A stretch of 64,000 nucleotides of DNA, from assembly GCA_036561245.1 (NCBI GenBank), contig DATBPQ010000102.1, forward strand, positions 35,388 through 99,387, written 5' to 3'. The notes beneath the pieces were generated by a model. It had not been told where the DNA came from, made no database searches, and saw only the letters and a list, made by a program, of their open reading frames with translations. The position numbers were made by a program, and so were the translations under genes. The DNA comes from Stellaceae bacterium. Lineage in GTDB: Bacteria; Pseudomonadota; Alphaproteobacteria; ATCC43930; CGMCC-115725. Shown in pieces: positions 27,114 to 36,475 of the stretch; within the stretch, counting starts at the first letter, position 1, and each line of letters opens with the position of its first letter.

Positions 27114-28415
27114 TTGTACGCCAACTTCTACGGCTTTCGTACCGAACCGTTCCACGTCACTCCCGACGCATCCTTGGTGTTCCTCACCGCGGCGCATCGC
27201 GAGGCGATCGGCGTGCTCGAGTACGGGCTGCGCGTCCGCAAGGGATTCATCGTCATCACGGGCGAGGTCGGCGTCGGCAAAACCACCGTGCTGCGCCATT
27301 CGCTGCGCCGGCTCGATCCCGCGACCTCGGCCATTGTCTATGTGCTGCAGCCGGCGCTGACGCCGCACCAGCTCCTGACCTTCATCTGGGAAGAGCTGAG
27401 CGGCGAGGCCGATCCGATACCCCAGCCCTGGGCCGCGGATACCGGCGAATTGATCCGACGCCTCCTGTTCCGCCTCAAACAACTTCACACCCAGGGCAAG
27501 CTGATCGTCATCGTCATCGACGAGGCGCAAAACATGCCGGTGGAGACGCTGGAAAGCCTGCGTCTTTTGTCGAACCTCGAAAACGACAAGCAGAAATTCA
27601 TCCAGATCGTGCTCGCCGGTCAGCCCGAGCTGGATGAGAAACTGGCGCGATACGAACTGCGCCAGCTCAATCAGCGCATCGCGGTGCGCACCAAGATCGG
27701 CAATCTGACGCCGCTCGAAGCGCTGTCCTATATCGATTTCCGCATCCAGGCCGCGGCCGGGCGGCGGCTTGAAGTCTTCACTCATTCGGCGCTCGACTAC
27801 ATCGTCGCACGCGCCGGCGGTAATCCGCGCCGGCTCAACATTTTTTGCGACAATGCGCTAATCAACGGCATGGGCCATCGCGCACCGGTGGTGAATCGCG
27901 AGATCGCGCAGGAAGCCGTCGAGCCGCATCTCAGCCACGAGGAGCGCAGCAGCTTCCCCACCCTGCCCGCCTGGATGACGCAGCCGGTACCGCAAGCACG
28001 CCGCATGCGCTATGCGCTGGCCGGCGCCGCGGTGGTCACGGCGCTCGCGCTGTATGTCGGCACCGATCTGTTTCCCGGTGCGGCGCCGGCGGCGCGTACG
28101 ATTGTCCAAACGCGCCGCGAGGCGGCTCAGGTCGCGGTGTTGCCGCGCGAGGAAATGCCCGTGCCCGATGTCGCGCCGAGCCGCGACGTGCTGATCACCG
28201 CGCCGGCACGGCCCGCGCCGCCGCCGGTGGCGAGCTACAAGGTCGAGAACCAGGATTCGCTCGGTCAGCTGTGCCAGCTGGTCTACGGGATTTGCAGCCG
28301 AAATATGTTGCAGAAACTGGCGTCGGCCAACCCGACAATCGACCCCGACAAGCTGGCCACCGGCCAGACCATCTATCTGCCGGTGATCGAGAACCTCAAG
28401 CCGGTCGTTCCGTAA
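27114..28415 (+). CDS. ExeA/GspA-like AAA+ ATPase with a TM segment and a C-terminal LysM domain
   Basis: TTG start 2 nt after the upstream stop. N-terminus MYANFYGFRTEPFHVTPD, Walker A GEVGVGKTT, Walker B VIVIDEAQ, TM segment YALAGAAVVTALALYVG, and LysM-like region YKVENQDSLGQLCQLVYG...DKLATGQTIYLP. Confidence 0.8.
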   Translation: MYANFYGFRTEPFHVTPDASLVFLTAAHREAIGVLEYGLRVRKGFIVITGEVGVGKTTVLRHSLRRLDPATSAIVYVLQPALTPHQLLTFIWEELSGEADPIPQPWAADTGELIRRLLFRLKQLHTQGKLIVIVIDEAQNMPVETLESLRLLSNLENDKQKFIQIVLAGQPELDEKLARYELRQLNQRIAVRTKIGNLTPLEALSYIDFRIQAAAGRRLEVFTHSALDYIVARAGGNPRRLNIFCDNALINGMGHRAPVVNREIAQEAVEPHLSHEERSSFPTLPAWMTQPVPQARRMRYALAGAAVVTALALYVGTDLFPGAAPAARTIVQTRREAAQVAVLPREEMPVPDVAPSRDVLITAPARPAPPPVASYKVENQDSLGQLCQLVYGICSRNMLQKLASANPTIDPDKLATGQTIYLPVIENLKPVVP

Positions 28416-29595
28416 GCCGCACTTTTCCAGAGCGTTGCAGCGCGGCGGCGACACCGTCGTCGAACGAAGCGACCATGCGGCCGAGATCGAGCTTGTCGCG
28501 CGTGATCAGCGCACCGTGCGCCAGCCTCGCCCGCAACTCGGTGTCCTCGGCGAACATGCGGAGCCCGTCGGTGAAGCGGTGCTCCAACAGGACGAGCCCG
28601 TTGGTCCCGGTCTGGACATAGTCGATCTCGGGCGAGTGGAGATCGGACTCGATAGTGATGACCGGCATGCCATGCGCGAAACCGCGATTGACGGCGAGGC
28701 CGACATAACCCGGGATCACCAGCGCGTCGCTGGCGCGATAAATGCGCGAAATCCCGTCGACATCGTGCACCGCGCCAAGGAAATGGCACCACGGTGCGCC
28801 GTCGGCCGCGTCCTCGAGATTGGCGCGCTCCGGCCCGTCGCCGACAATGATCGCCTCGGCGGCGATGCCGTCGTCGCGCAGCGTGGCGACGGCACGGATC
28901 AGATCCTCGACCCGCTTGCCCGCCAGCAGCCGGCCGACGAAGGTGAACACAACCGCGTCCGGCGCAATGTTCCAGTCCTGCCGCAGCGCCGCGCGATCGA
29001 GCGACTGCGCCTTGGCGTGGGCTGCTACCTCGTCGTCAAGATCGATCGTGTTATTCAGTACGCGAATACGGTCGGCCTTCATGCCGGCACGCTCGACGGT
29101 CGCGACGCCGGACTGGGTATAGGCGAGATAGCCCGAGGCCGACCGCACCAGAAGGCGCTTGCCGAAATTGATCAGCCGCGTCATCGCGCGACCGACTTCG
29201 CCGCGCTCCTCGTCCCAGAAATCCTGGCCGCTTCCGAAGCCCCAGAACAGCACGGGCTTGCCCAAGAGTCGGAACCAGAACAGAAGCGCGAGATTCATGA
29301 AATATTTGATCTCGTGCCCGATCACCAGCGCGTCGTAGCCGCCGGTGGCGATGCGCCAGAACACCGGCTGATAGACGAGACGCCGGCCGGCAATGTGAAC
29401 GAACCGGTTGCGCACGAACTCGCTTTTGAACTGGTACGGCGGCGGCGCGGCGACCAAGCCGCTGCCCGGCTCCGGCTCGCCATAGAACACGACATACTCG
29501 CGGTTGCGGATCGCGCCGAGACGGCGGAAAAACGGCTCGCGGTAATTGGGCACGCAGCCCTGGTGGAGGATCGCGATACGTTTGGCGTCGCTCAT
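28396..29595 (-). CDS. Glycosyltransferase family 4 (GT-B fold)
   Basis: I chose the start at MSDAKRIAILHQG (ATG at 29595). It overlaps the upstream stop as ATGA at 29592-29595. The C-terminal half has the GT4 pattern (FTFVGRL..GKR...HFLG...YRASDALVIPGYVGLAVNRGFAHGMPVI). Confidence 0.8.
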   Translation of the reverse strand: MSDAKRIAILHQGCVPNYREPFFRRLGAIRNREYVVFYGEPEPGSGLVAAPPPYQFKSEFVRNRFVHIAGRRLVYQPVFWRIATGGYDALVIGHEIKYFMNLALLFWFRLLGKPVLFWGFGSGQDFWDEERGEVGRAMTRLINFGKRLLVRSASGYLAYTQSGVATVERAGMKADRIRVLNNTIDLDDEVAAHAKAQSLDRAALRQDWNIAPDAVVFTFVGRLLAGKRVEDLIRAVATLRDDGIAAEAIIVGDGPERANLEDAADGAPWCHFLGAVHDVDGISRIYRASDALVIPGYVGLAVNRGFAHGMPVITIESDLHSPEIDYVQTGTNGLVLLEHRFTDGLRMFAEDTELRARLAHGALITRDKLDLGRMVASFDDGVAAALQRSGKVRLTERPA

Positions 29596-30398
29596 GCTGC
29601 AAGCTCCGTCGCGACCGGGAACCGCGCCAGCACGTCGCGGCCCTCGGGATGGAAGAACAGGAAGTTGTTGATATAGGCGTGCTTGCTCCAACCGCCTTCG
29701 CGCCAATTCTCCAAGCGCTGATCGCGGTCCTTGTCAAAATGCGCGACCGGGTGCAGCCCGTCGCGCCAGAAATAACCGCGATAACCGAACCCGGCGAGGA
29801 AACGCACTGTCGAGGCGACAGCGTCTTGCGTGTGACGTTCCTCGCTCTCGATCTGGATCGCCGGGCGGTCGCGCCGGAGCAGATTGGCCGCGCCGCGCAG
29901 CACCGCGCCTTCGTGACCCTCGACATCGATTTTGAGAAAGCCGACGCGCCCGAAATCGATATTGTCGAGCGGCATGGTCTTGATCTCGATCGGCCGCAGT
30001 TCGGCGTCGGGATTGGCGTCCCGCCGCAACGAAGCGCGCGTGTTGAAGACCACGCCGCCGATCGACGGAATATAGAGCGTATGCCTGCCTTCGCTATCAG
30101 ACGCCGCCACCGGCATCACCGTGACGTTGACGGGCGCGGTCTTGCGCAGCCAGTCGACCATGTCCGGCACCGGTTCCAGCGCGAAGACGCGACCGGCATA
30201 GCGCGAGGCGACGTAGGAATAGATGCCGAGATTGGCGCCGACATCGACGGTGGCGGAATCCTTGTCGCACAGCCGGTCGAGCAGCAGAAGTTCCGCCTCG
30301 CCATGCTTCATCTCGCTGGCGACGATGTGCTTCATCATCACCTTCGGCGGCAACAGGCCCCGGATCACGCGTTTGGCGGCGGCAATAGCGGTCGTCAT
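29592..30398 (-). CDS. FkbM-family SAM-dependent methyltransferase
   Basis: 268 aa. Motifs DVGANLGIYS, FALEP, and FLKIDVEGHEGAVLRGA, the last being the FkbM signature. Confidence 0.85.
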   Translation of the reverse strand: MTTAIAAAKRVIRGLLPPKVMMKHIVASEMKHGEAELLLLDRLCDKDSATVDVGANLGIYSYVASRYAGRVFALEPVPDMVDWLRKTAPVNVTVMPVAASDSEGRHTLYIPSIGGVVFNTRASLRRDANPDAELRPIEIKTMPLDNIDFGRVGFLKIDVEGHEGAVLRGAANLLRRDRPAIQIESEERHTQDAVASTVRFLAGFGYRGYFWRDGLHPVAHFDKDRDQRLENWREGGWSKHAYINNFLFFHPEGRDVLARFPVATELAA

Positions 30399-30416
30399 GG
30401 CAAGTCCCTGGTACGG

Positions 30417-32294
30417 TTAGTAACTCAAGCGAAATTGGCGCTGGAACAATTCGAGATTGACCAGAATCCAGATCAGCTTCTCATGGTTCTGCCGGCCGCT
30501 TTCATGTTCGGTGAGGGTGCGGTCGATGGTGGCGCGGTCGCACAGCGTGCGCGTCAGCGACGCGGGCGCGTCGATGAGTTCGCGCACGAAGCCGCGCATC
30601 GGGCCGCGGAACCATTCGTTGATCGGCACGCGGAACCCGACCTTGGGCCGCTCCAGGATGGCGCGGGGCAGGATGTTTTCCATCGCGCGACGCAAAATGT
30701 ATTTCCGTGTCAGGCCGCGGATGCGCCACTTGTCCGGCAGGCGCGACATGAAGCGTGCCAAGTCGATATCCATGAACGGCATGCGCGCCTCGATCGACGC
30801 CGCCATGGTGATGCGGTCGCCGCGCTCGAGGAGATTGTCGGGCAGCCACGAGGTCTGATCGAAATAGAGCACGCGCTCCAGGGCGGAACGCCGCCCGTCG
30901 ACCCGGAACGGATCCGGGTCGACGGGTCGCCGCTCAGGCACCCCCGACAGAAGCTGGTCGCGTTCGCCATAGGTCAGCGCGCCCATCCAGCGCGCCATGC
31001 GCTCGGCCGGATCGCGCAGCGCGATCGAGGCCGCGAGAATCTTGATGCGCCGGAATCGATACGGCAGCGCGCTGATCAGCGGCGCTACGACGCGGTCATG
31101 GGCGCAGGCCGGCACCAGGCGCTGATAGATCGCAGCGTAGCGTTCGGCCGAATGTTTGGGATAGCCGCCAAGCAACTCGTCCGAGCCTTCGCCGGTCAGC
31201 ACCATCTTCACGCTCTTCGCCGCTTCGCGCGAGATCAGATAGATCGGGATGTTCGACGCCTCGGCGACCGGCGCGTCCTGATGATCGATCAGCAACGGCA
31301 GATGCTGCATCAGATCGTCGGCCGCGATGGTCAGCTCGGTGTGGTTGGTGTTGAACTGGCGCGCGACGGTCGCGGCGTAAGACAGCTCGGAATAACGTGC
31401 TTCGCGGAAACCGACCGCGAATGTATTGATCGGCTGCGCCGAGTGGCGGCTCATCAGTGCGACGATGGCGGAGGAATCGAGCCCGCCCGACAGGAAAGCG
31501 CCGAACGGCACGTCAGACACCATGCGGATGCGCACCGCCTCGTCCAGCTTGTCGGCGAAGGCGGCGACCGGGTCGGAAATCGCGGCGAGGTCGGGCGCGT
31601 CGCCGTAGGGCGGATGGTAGAAGGCCGTCTCGGTCAGATGCCCTTTCTCCCACACGGCGTAGGAGCCCGGCATCAGCTTGCGGATGCCGGCGAACAGCGT
31701 GTGCGGCGCCGGCACGTAACGATAGACGAAATAATCGGCGAGCGAGGCGCGGTCGAGCGACGGCGTCGCGTCGCCGAACGACAGGATCGCCTTGATCTCC
31801 GAGCCGAACAGAACCTTGCCGCTGCTTTCCTGGATGAACAGCGGCTTCTTGCCGAAATGATCGCGCGCCAACATCAGGCGCTGATGCTTGTCGTCCCATA
31901 GCGCGAAAACGAACATGCCGCGGAACCGCTCGACACAGCGCGGCCCCCATTCGACATAGGCTTCGAGCAGCACTTCGGTGTCGGAGGTGGTGCGGAAGCG
32001 GTGGCCCTTGGTTTCGAGCTCGGCGCGCAATTCGCGGAAATTGTAGATCTCGCCGTTGAACACCAGCGTCACGCCGCCCGACTGGTGCGTGATCGGCTGG
32101 TCGCCGGTCGCGAGGTCGATGATGGCGAGGCGGCGATGGCCGAGGCCGATCGCGTAGCGGCCGTCGGCGCTGCTTTGCAGGAAGAAACCTTCGCCGTCGG
32201 GACCGCGATGACGGATGCGGTCGGTCATCGCCTTGAGGCGCTGCCCCGCGTCGCGCGGCTGACCCGGCAGGATGAACCCGGCTACTCCGCACAT
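30417..32294 (-). CDS. asnB: Asparagine synthase (glutamine-hydrolysing) family amidotransferase
   Basis: 625 aa. Ntn start MCGVAGF and the SGGLDSS PP-loop. Embedded in a glycan operon, so it may act as a sugar-amidating paralogue rather than a housekeeping AsnB. Confidence 0.88.
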   Translation of the reverse strand: MCGVAGFILPGQPRDAGQRLKAMTDRIRHRGPDGEGFFLQSSADGRYAIGLGHRRLAIIDLATGDQPITHQSGGVTLVFNGEIYNFRELRAELETKGHRFRTTSDTEVLLEAYVEWGPRCVERFRGMFVFALWDDKHQRLMLARDHFGKKPLFIQESSGKVLFGSEIKAILSFGDATPSLDRASLADYFVYRYVPAPHTLFAGIRKLMPGSYAVWEKGHLTETAFYHPPYGDAPDLAAISDPVAAFADKLDEAVRIRMVSDVPFGAFLSGGLDSSAIVALMSRHSAQPINTFAVGFREARYSELSYAATVARQFNTNHTELTIAADDLMQHLPLLIDHQDAPVAEASNIPIYLISREAAKSVKMVLTGEGSDELLGGYPKHSAERYAAIYQRLVPACAHDRVVAPLISALPYRFRRIKILAASIALRDPAERMARWMGALTYGERDQLLSGVPERRPVDPDPFRVDGRRSALERVLYFDQTSWLPDNLLERGDRITMAASIEARMPFMDIDLARFMSRLPDKWRIRGLTRKYILRRAMENILPRAILERPKVGFRVPINEWFRGPMRGFVRELIDAPASLTRTLCDRATIDRTLTEHESGRQNHEKLIWILVNLELFQRQFRLSY

Positions 32295-32296
32295 GG

Positions 32297-33556
32297 CTAT
32301 TCGGCCGCCTGTCGCGGGACGGAAGCCGGCCGCGGCGCCGACAACGCGCGCGGTGCGAACGCCTTGTCATAGGCGGCAAGCAGCGGCGGCACGGAAAATT
32401 CCCAGGCCAGCTTGGCGCGCAGCCGCTCCATTCCGAAGTCATGCATCTGTTGGCGGCGCTTGGGGTCGCCGATCAGCCGCAGCACGCCGCGCGCCAAGGC
32501 GCTGTCGTCGTTGGGCTCGACATAAAGCGCGGCAGCATCGGCCGAAACGCGCGCTTCCTTGAGGTCGTAACACACGATCGGCAGGCCGAAATACATGTAC
32601 TCGATGATCTTGTTCATCGTGCTCTGGTTGGACCAGTCGTTCAGCGGATCGGGATCGATCGCGATGTCGGCCGATGACAGGATGCGGCACAGATCGTCGT
32701 CGCTGACGCGGCCGGTGAAGGTGCAGTATTCCGCGACGCCCTGATCGGTGGCGTATTGCTTGATCTGGGGCTGATGCGGCCCGCCGCCAACGAACACGGC
32801 ATGAAAATCCTTGAAGCCGAACGCCTCGGTCAAATGCTTGACCGCGCGCACCATGTGGTCGACGCCGTCCTGCTCGCAGATCTCGCCAAGATAAACCATC
32901 ATGAAGCGCGCGCCTTTGCGCCACGCGGGATCGGGCGCGTAGAGCTTGAAACGGTCGAGGCTCGGGCCCGACCGTACGACGTAAACGTCCTCGGGACGCT
33001 TGCCGCCGCGCGTCACCGCGATCTCCTTGTGGCTGTCGTTGGTGGTGATGACCAGGTCGGCCTCGCGGAACGTCATGCGCTCCATCCACAACAGCGCGCG
33101 CGAAATCAGCCCGGTGTCTTTGCCGCCGAACTTCACTGCGTACATTTCCGGCGACAGATCGTGATGGTCGAAAATGAAGCGCTTGCCGAACAGGCGCCAG
33201 AACATGCCGAGCGGCCAATAGATCTCGGGCGGATTGCAGACATGGAGCACGTCGAAGCCGCTTCCCATCGCGACGCGCAGCGACAACACCGCGGCGGCCA
33301 CGAAGCACCACAGGAATTCGGCGACAAACGAAAGCTTGGCGGCGCCGAAATCAGGCAGCCGATAGCGGTGGATGGCGACGCCCTCCAGCACCTCGGAGGA
33401 TTTGTTGAAGCCCTTCATCTTGGGGCAGATGACGCTGACGGCGTGGCCGTGCCGGGCCAGGGTCGTGGCCTCGAGCCAGACCCGGCGGTCGAACGGTACG
33501 GGCAGGTTCTGGACGACGATCAGGACCCGGCGGCGGGCGGAATGGATGACAGTCAT
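32297..33556 (-). CDS. Glycosyltransferase family 4 (WbuB-like)
   Basis: 419 aa. N-terminus RRVLIVVQNLPVPFDRRVWLEATTLARHGHAVSVICP and GT-B C-terminal half (VFVGGGP...FTGRV...DIAIDPDP...KIIEYMYFGLPIV). Its stop lies 2 nt from the asnB start. Confidence 0.85.
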   Translation of the reverse strand: MTVIHSARRRVLIVVQNLPVPFDRRVWLEATTLARHGHAVSVICPKMKGFNKSSEVLEGVAIHRYRLPDFGAAKLSFVAEFLWCFVAAAVLSLRVAMGSGFDVLHVCNPPEIYWPLGMFWRLFGKRFIFDHHDLSPEMYAVKFGGKDTGLISRALLWMERMTFREADLVITTNDSHKEIAVTRGGKRPEDVYVVRSGPSLDRFKLYAPDPAWRKGARFMMVYLGEICEQDGVDHMVRAVKHLTEAFGFKDFHAVFVGGGPHQPQIKQYATDQGVAEYCTFTGRVSDDDLCRILSSADIAIDPDPLNDWSNQSTMNKIIEYMYFGLPIVCYDLKEARVSADAAALYVEPNDDSALARGVLRLIGDPKRRQQMHDFGMERLRAKLAWEFSVPPLLAAYDKAFAPRALSAPRPASVPRQAAE

Positions 33557-33793
33557 GGATTTTCTGCCCGGTTCTCGGGGACGACTCGGCTTTCTACTTT
33601 ATGCTTTGCAAAAAAAGCGTTGCCGCGTATATAGATAGTTGGCAACTCTTGAGACACTATAGAAGGTATGTTCAGGATTCGGCGTGGCAAGGGGTTAGCT
33701 CCGAATTCAGGCCGTCTGCAACCCATGGGAATTGTGGATAAGTTGCGCGACTTTCATCGTAACAATGAAACGTTAACAAACTCGAACGGGAGG
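33557..33793. promoter_or_regulatory. Divergent control region between the GT4-asnB-fkbM-GT4 operon and the wza-like/PCP operon
   Basis: 237-bp spacer, visibly AT-richer than its flanks. Contains the inverted repeat GTTGCC-N16-GGCAAC (33619-33646) around a TATATAGATAG core. Confidence 0.4.
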
Positions 33794-34513
33794 ATGACGG
33801 GACGGGTGGCCCGGTTCCTGGCGGGATGCGCGCTATTGCTGCCCTTTCTGGTGCTCGCCGGTTGCGCCGATCGGCCCGAGACCGTGCCCTACCCGCCCCG
33901 GGCGGCTAACCTGCCACCCCCCGTCTATCGCGTGCAGGCTGGCGACACGCTGTCGGTCAAGTTCCTGTACACGCCCGAGCTCAACGAGGAGCAGACGGTT
34001 CAGATCGACGGACATGCTTCGTTCCAATACGCCCCCGACCTGACGTTGGCCGGTCGCACCTTGCCGGACGCGCGGCGGATCGTGATGTCGGCCTACAGCA
34101 AGACCCTGAACAATCCGGCCCTCGAATTGACCGTAAAAGGACCGATCCAGTGGAAGGTCTATGTCGTCGGCGAAGTCGGAACGCCGGGCGAATTCTCGAC
34201 CACGGGCGCTCCGATGACTCTGACCCAGGCGATCGCCCGCGCCGGCGGCCTCAAGGAATCCGCCGACGGCGACAATGTTGTGCTGTTGCGGCGCGACGGG
34301 AATGTCGAACGCGCCTACGACGTCAGCTTCAACGACGCCGCCGGCCATCATGCGGGCGGTCAAGCCGACATTCAGCTCGCCGACCATGACGTGCTTTATG
34401 TGCCGCGCACCGACGTGGCACAGGCCGGCGTCAACTGGCGTCAGTATGTGATGCAGTTCGTACCACCCAATGTAAGCGTGCTGCTCGGGTCTTCCGGCGG
34501 CGTGATTCCCTGA
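33794..34513 (+). CDS. Polysaccharide export outer-membrane lipoprotein (Wza-like; Poly_export + SLBB)
   Basis: ATG at 33794 is preceded by GGGAGG. Lipobox VLAGC. Motifs YRVQAGDTLSVKF and VYVVGEVGTPGEF...MTLTQAIARAGG. Confidence 0.85.
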   Translation: MTGRVARFLAGCALLLPFLVLAGCADRPETVPYPPRAANLPPPVYRVQAGDTLSVKFLYTPELNEEQTVQIDGHASFQYAPDLTLAGRTLPDARRIVMSAYSKTLNNPALELTVKGPIQWKVYVVGEVGTPGEFSTTGAPMTLTQAIARAGGLKESADGDNVVLLRRDGNVERAYDVSFNDAAGHHAGGQADIQLADHDVLYVPRTDVAQAGVNWRQYVMQFVPPNVSVLLGSSGGVIP

Positions 34514-34534
34514 CCTGATGCCAGGACGGACCCG

Positions 34535-35995
34535 ATGATCGTCGAAGCCACGCCACGCAGCTTGCTCAATGTGGTGTTCCGTCACCGCGTCAAGTTCATT
34601 GCCGCGGTCGCAACTTGCCTGTTCCTGGCCGCCGCCTACTGCCTGGTCGCCACGCCGAAATACAAAAGCACCGCCGAACTCCTTGTCCGCTTCGGCTCGG
34701 GCCAGCAACAGTCGCGTGCCGGCGCCCCCGGCGTGACGCCCGAGATCACGGCGCAGCAGCAGGAGCGCAAGGAAATCGTCAATTCGCAAATCGCGCTGTT
34801 GCAGAGCCACGATCTTTTGGCCGACGTCCTGCGCACGGTCGGTATCGGGCGCATTTACCCGAACATGGCTGCGAACAATCCCGCGGAGCTCGAGAACAAG
34901 GCGATCGAGCAGTTGGGACACGACCTGGTGCCGGAGGGCGGTAAGGATTCAGACGTTATCGACCTGTCGCTGCTCAACCCCGACCCCAACGTGGCGGCCG
35001 AGACGTTGCGGGCGGTTATCGGCAAGTTCCAAAAGCGCGAAGCCTCGATCTACCAGTCGCAGCAATTGCCGTTCCTGCAGGACCAATTGCAGCAGGCGCG
35101 CGCCGCGTTGACCGCTTCCCGCAACGCGGTCGAGACCTTCAAGACCGGCGCCGGCATTTCCTCGCTCGACGAGGAGCGCTCGCTGATCTTGCATCAGCGC
35201 TCCGACACGCGGCAGAAACTGGTGCAGTTGATCAGCACCGAGCAGGAAGCGGAACAGCGCTACCAGCGCATCGAGGAAGCGCTCAAAAAGCTTCCCGAAG
35301 TCATCACCCTTGCCAATGAAGCCGACCGTTTCAAGCCGGTGGACGACGCGCGCGAACGGCTCAGCGAGCTGCGGCAGCGCGAATATGAAATGTCGCTGAA
35401 CTACAAGGAAAACAGCGTCCCCATCGTCAATCTGCGCAAGCAAATTTCCAACGGCGAAGAGGAATTGGCGCGGCTCGCGAGGGAGGGCGTGGCCCGGCTG
35501 CGCACCGGGCCCAATCCGGTTTATCAGGATCTGCAAAAGGCGGCGCTGACGGCGGCGGGCGACGAAGCGGCCGCCGCGGGCGCGCGCAAACCGCTCGAGG
35601 CCGAATTGGAGCGCCTCGACGCGCGCCTCGACGAACTGGGCCAGAAGACCGGCAAGCTCAACGAACTCGAACTGCAACAGCAGGTCGACGAGGAAAATTT
35701 CCGCAACTATCTGCAAGGCGTCGAGACCGCTCGCCTGACCAACGACCTGAACCGCGAAGGCATTACCAGCGTCGCCATCGTCCAGGAGCCGACGCTGCCG
35801 ACCAAGATCGCGCAGCCGAAAATTTCGATTATCATGCTGCTCGCGCTGATCTTCGGCATTGCCATCGGCATCGCCGTGAGCTTCTTTGCCGAAATGACCG
35901 ACGAGGCCTTCAGCATGCCGAGCCAAATCGAATCCGTGATCGGCGTGCCGGTGCTGGCGGTGTTCCCGCAAGCCGCCACGCCAGGGCATCGTTGA
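34535..35995 (+). CDS. Polysaccharide co-polymerase / chain-length determinant (GumC/Wzz-like) without a kinase domain
   Basis: 486 aa. N-terminal TM plus a Wzz motif (PKYKSTAELLV), a long coiled-coil middle and a C-terminal TM (ISIIMLLALIFGIAIGIAVSFF). Confidence 0.8.
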   Translation: MIVEATPRSLLNVVFRHRVKFIAAVATCLFLAAAYCLVATPKYKSTAELLVRFGSGQQQSRAGAPGVTPEITAQQQERKEIVNSQIALLQSHDLLADVLRTVGIGRIYPNMAANNPAELENKAIEQLGHDLVPEGGKDSDVIDLSLLNPDPNVAAETLRAVIGKFQKREASIYQSQQLPFLQDQLQQARAALTASRNAVETFKTGAGISSLDEERSLILHQRSDTRQKLVQLISTEQEAEQRYQRIEEALKKLPEVITLANEADRFKPVDDARERLSELRQREYEMSLNYKENSVPIVNLRKQISNGEEELARLAREGVARLRTGPNPVYQDLQKAALTAAGDEAAAAGARKPLEAELERLDARLDELGQKTGKLNELELQQQVDEENFRNYLQGVETARLTNDLNREGITSVAIVQEPTLPTKIAQPKISIIMLLALIFGIAIGIAVSFFAEMTDEAFSMPSQIESVIGVPVLAVFPQAATPGHR

Positions 35996-36008
35996 CGGCG
36001 CCGACGCG

Positions 36009-36380
36009 GTGATCGGCGCTCGTCATTATTCGTTAATCCTTCTCCTCGCGATCCTCCTGGCCGCCGCGGTTCCGACCCACGCCCAGGTCATCCCGGATCC
36101 CAATCGCGGATACCAGCTTTATATCCGCAATATCGCGGGTCGCGTCGTCGAGCGTTTACAGCCGGTCGGCGATCGATACGATCTCTATGATTTAAAACGG
36201 CAATTCACGCCGATCGGGTACGCGAAAATCCTCGGTCGCCGGCTCATCATTTACAACATGAACAATCATCCGATAGCGTCGGTCCGCGCCGAACTTCTGC
36301 CGCCGGATTCCAGCCTCGCCGCCATATCCATTGTGCGGGACAACCATGGCCAGGCAATCGGCGTGCTCGAACATTATTGA
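36009..36380 (+). CDS. Small exported hypothetical protein
   Basis: 123 aa. GTG start 13 nt after the PCP stop. Signal peptide LILLLAILLAAAVPTHA-QV. I recognise no family. It is called only from its position inside the operon and its coding-like composition. Confidence 0.5.
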   Translation: MIGARHYSLILLLAILLAAAVPTHAQVIPDPNRGYQLYIRNIAGRVVERLQPVGDRYDLYDLKRQFTPIGYAKILGRRLIIYNMNNHPIASVRAELLPPDSSLAAISIVRDNHGQAIGVLEHY

Positions 36381-36475
36381 TCGCCGGCAGCCGTTCCCGC
36401 CCCCGCGCTAAGAACTCGTTAACCCCCGATAGCTAAAGTTTTGGCCGAGCAAATTGATTTTGTTCGGGAAAACTC

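Noticed and set aside
33833-35989. Minus-strand ORFs of 362 aa and 346 aa
   Set aside because: They are antisense to the Wza-like and PCP genes, whose frames carry a lipobox, Poly_export/SLBB motifs and Wzz-type TM plus coiled-coil architecture.
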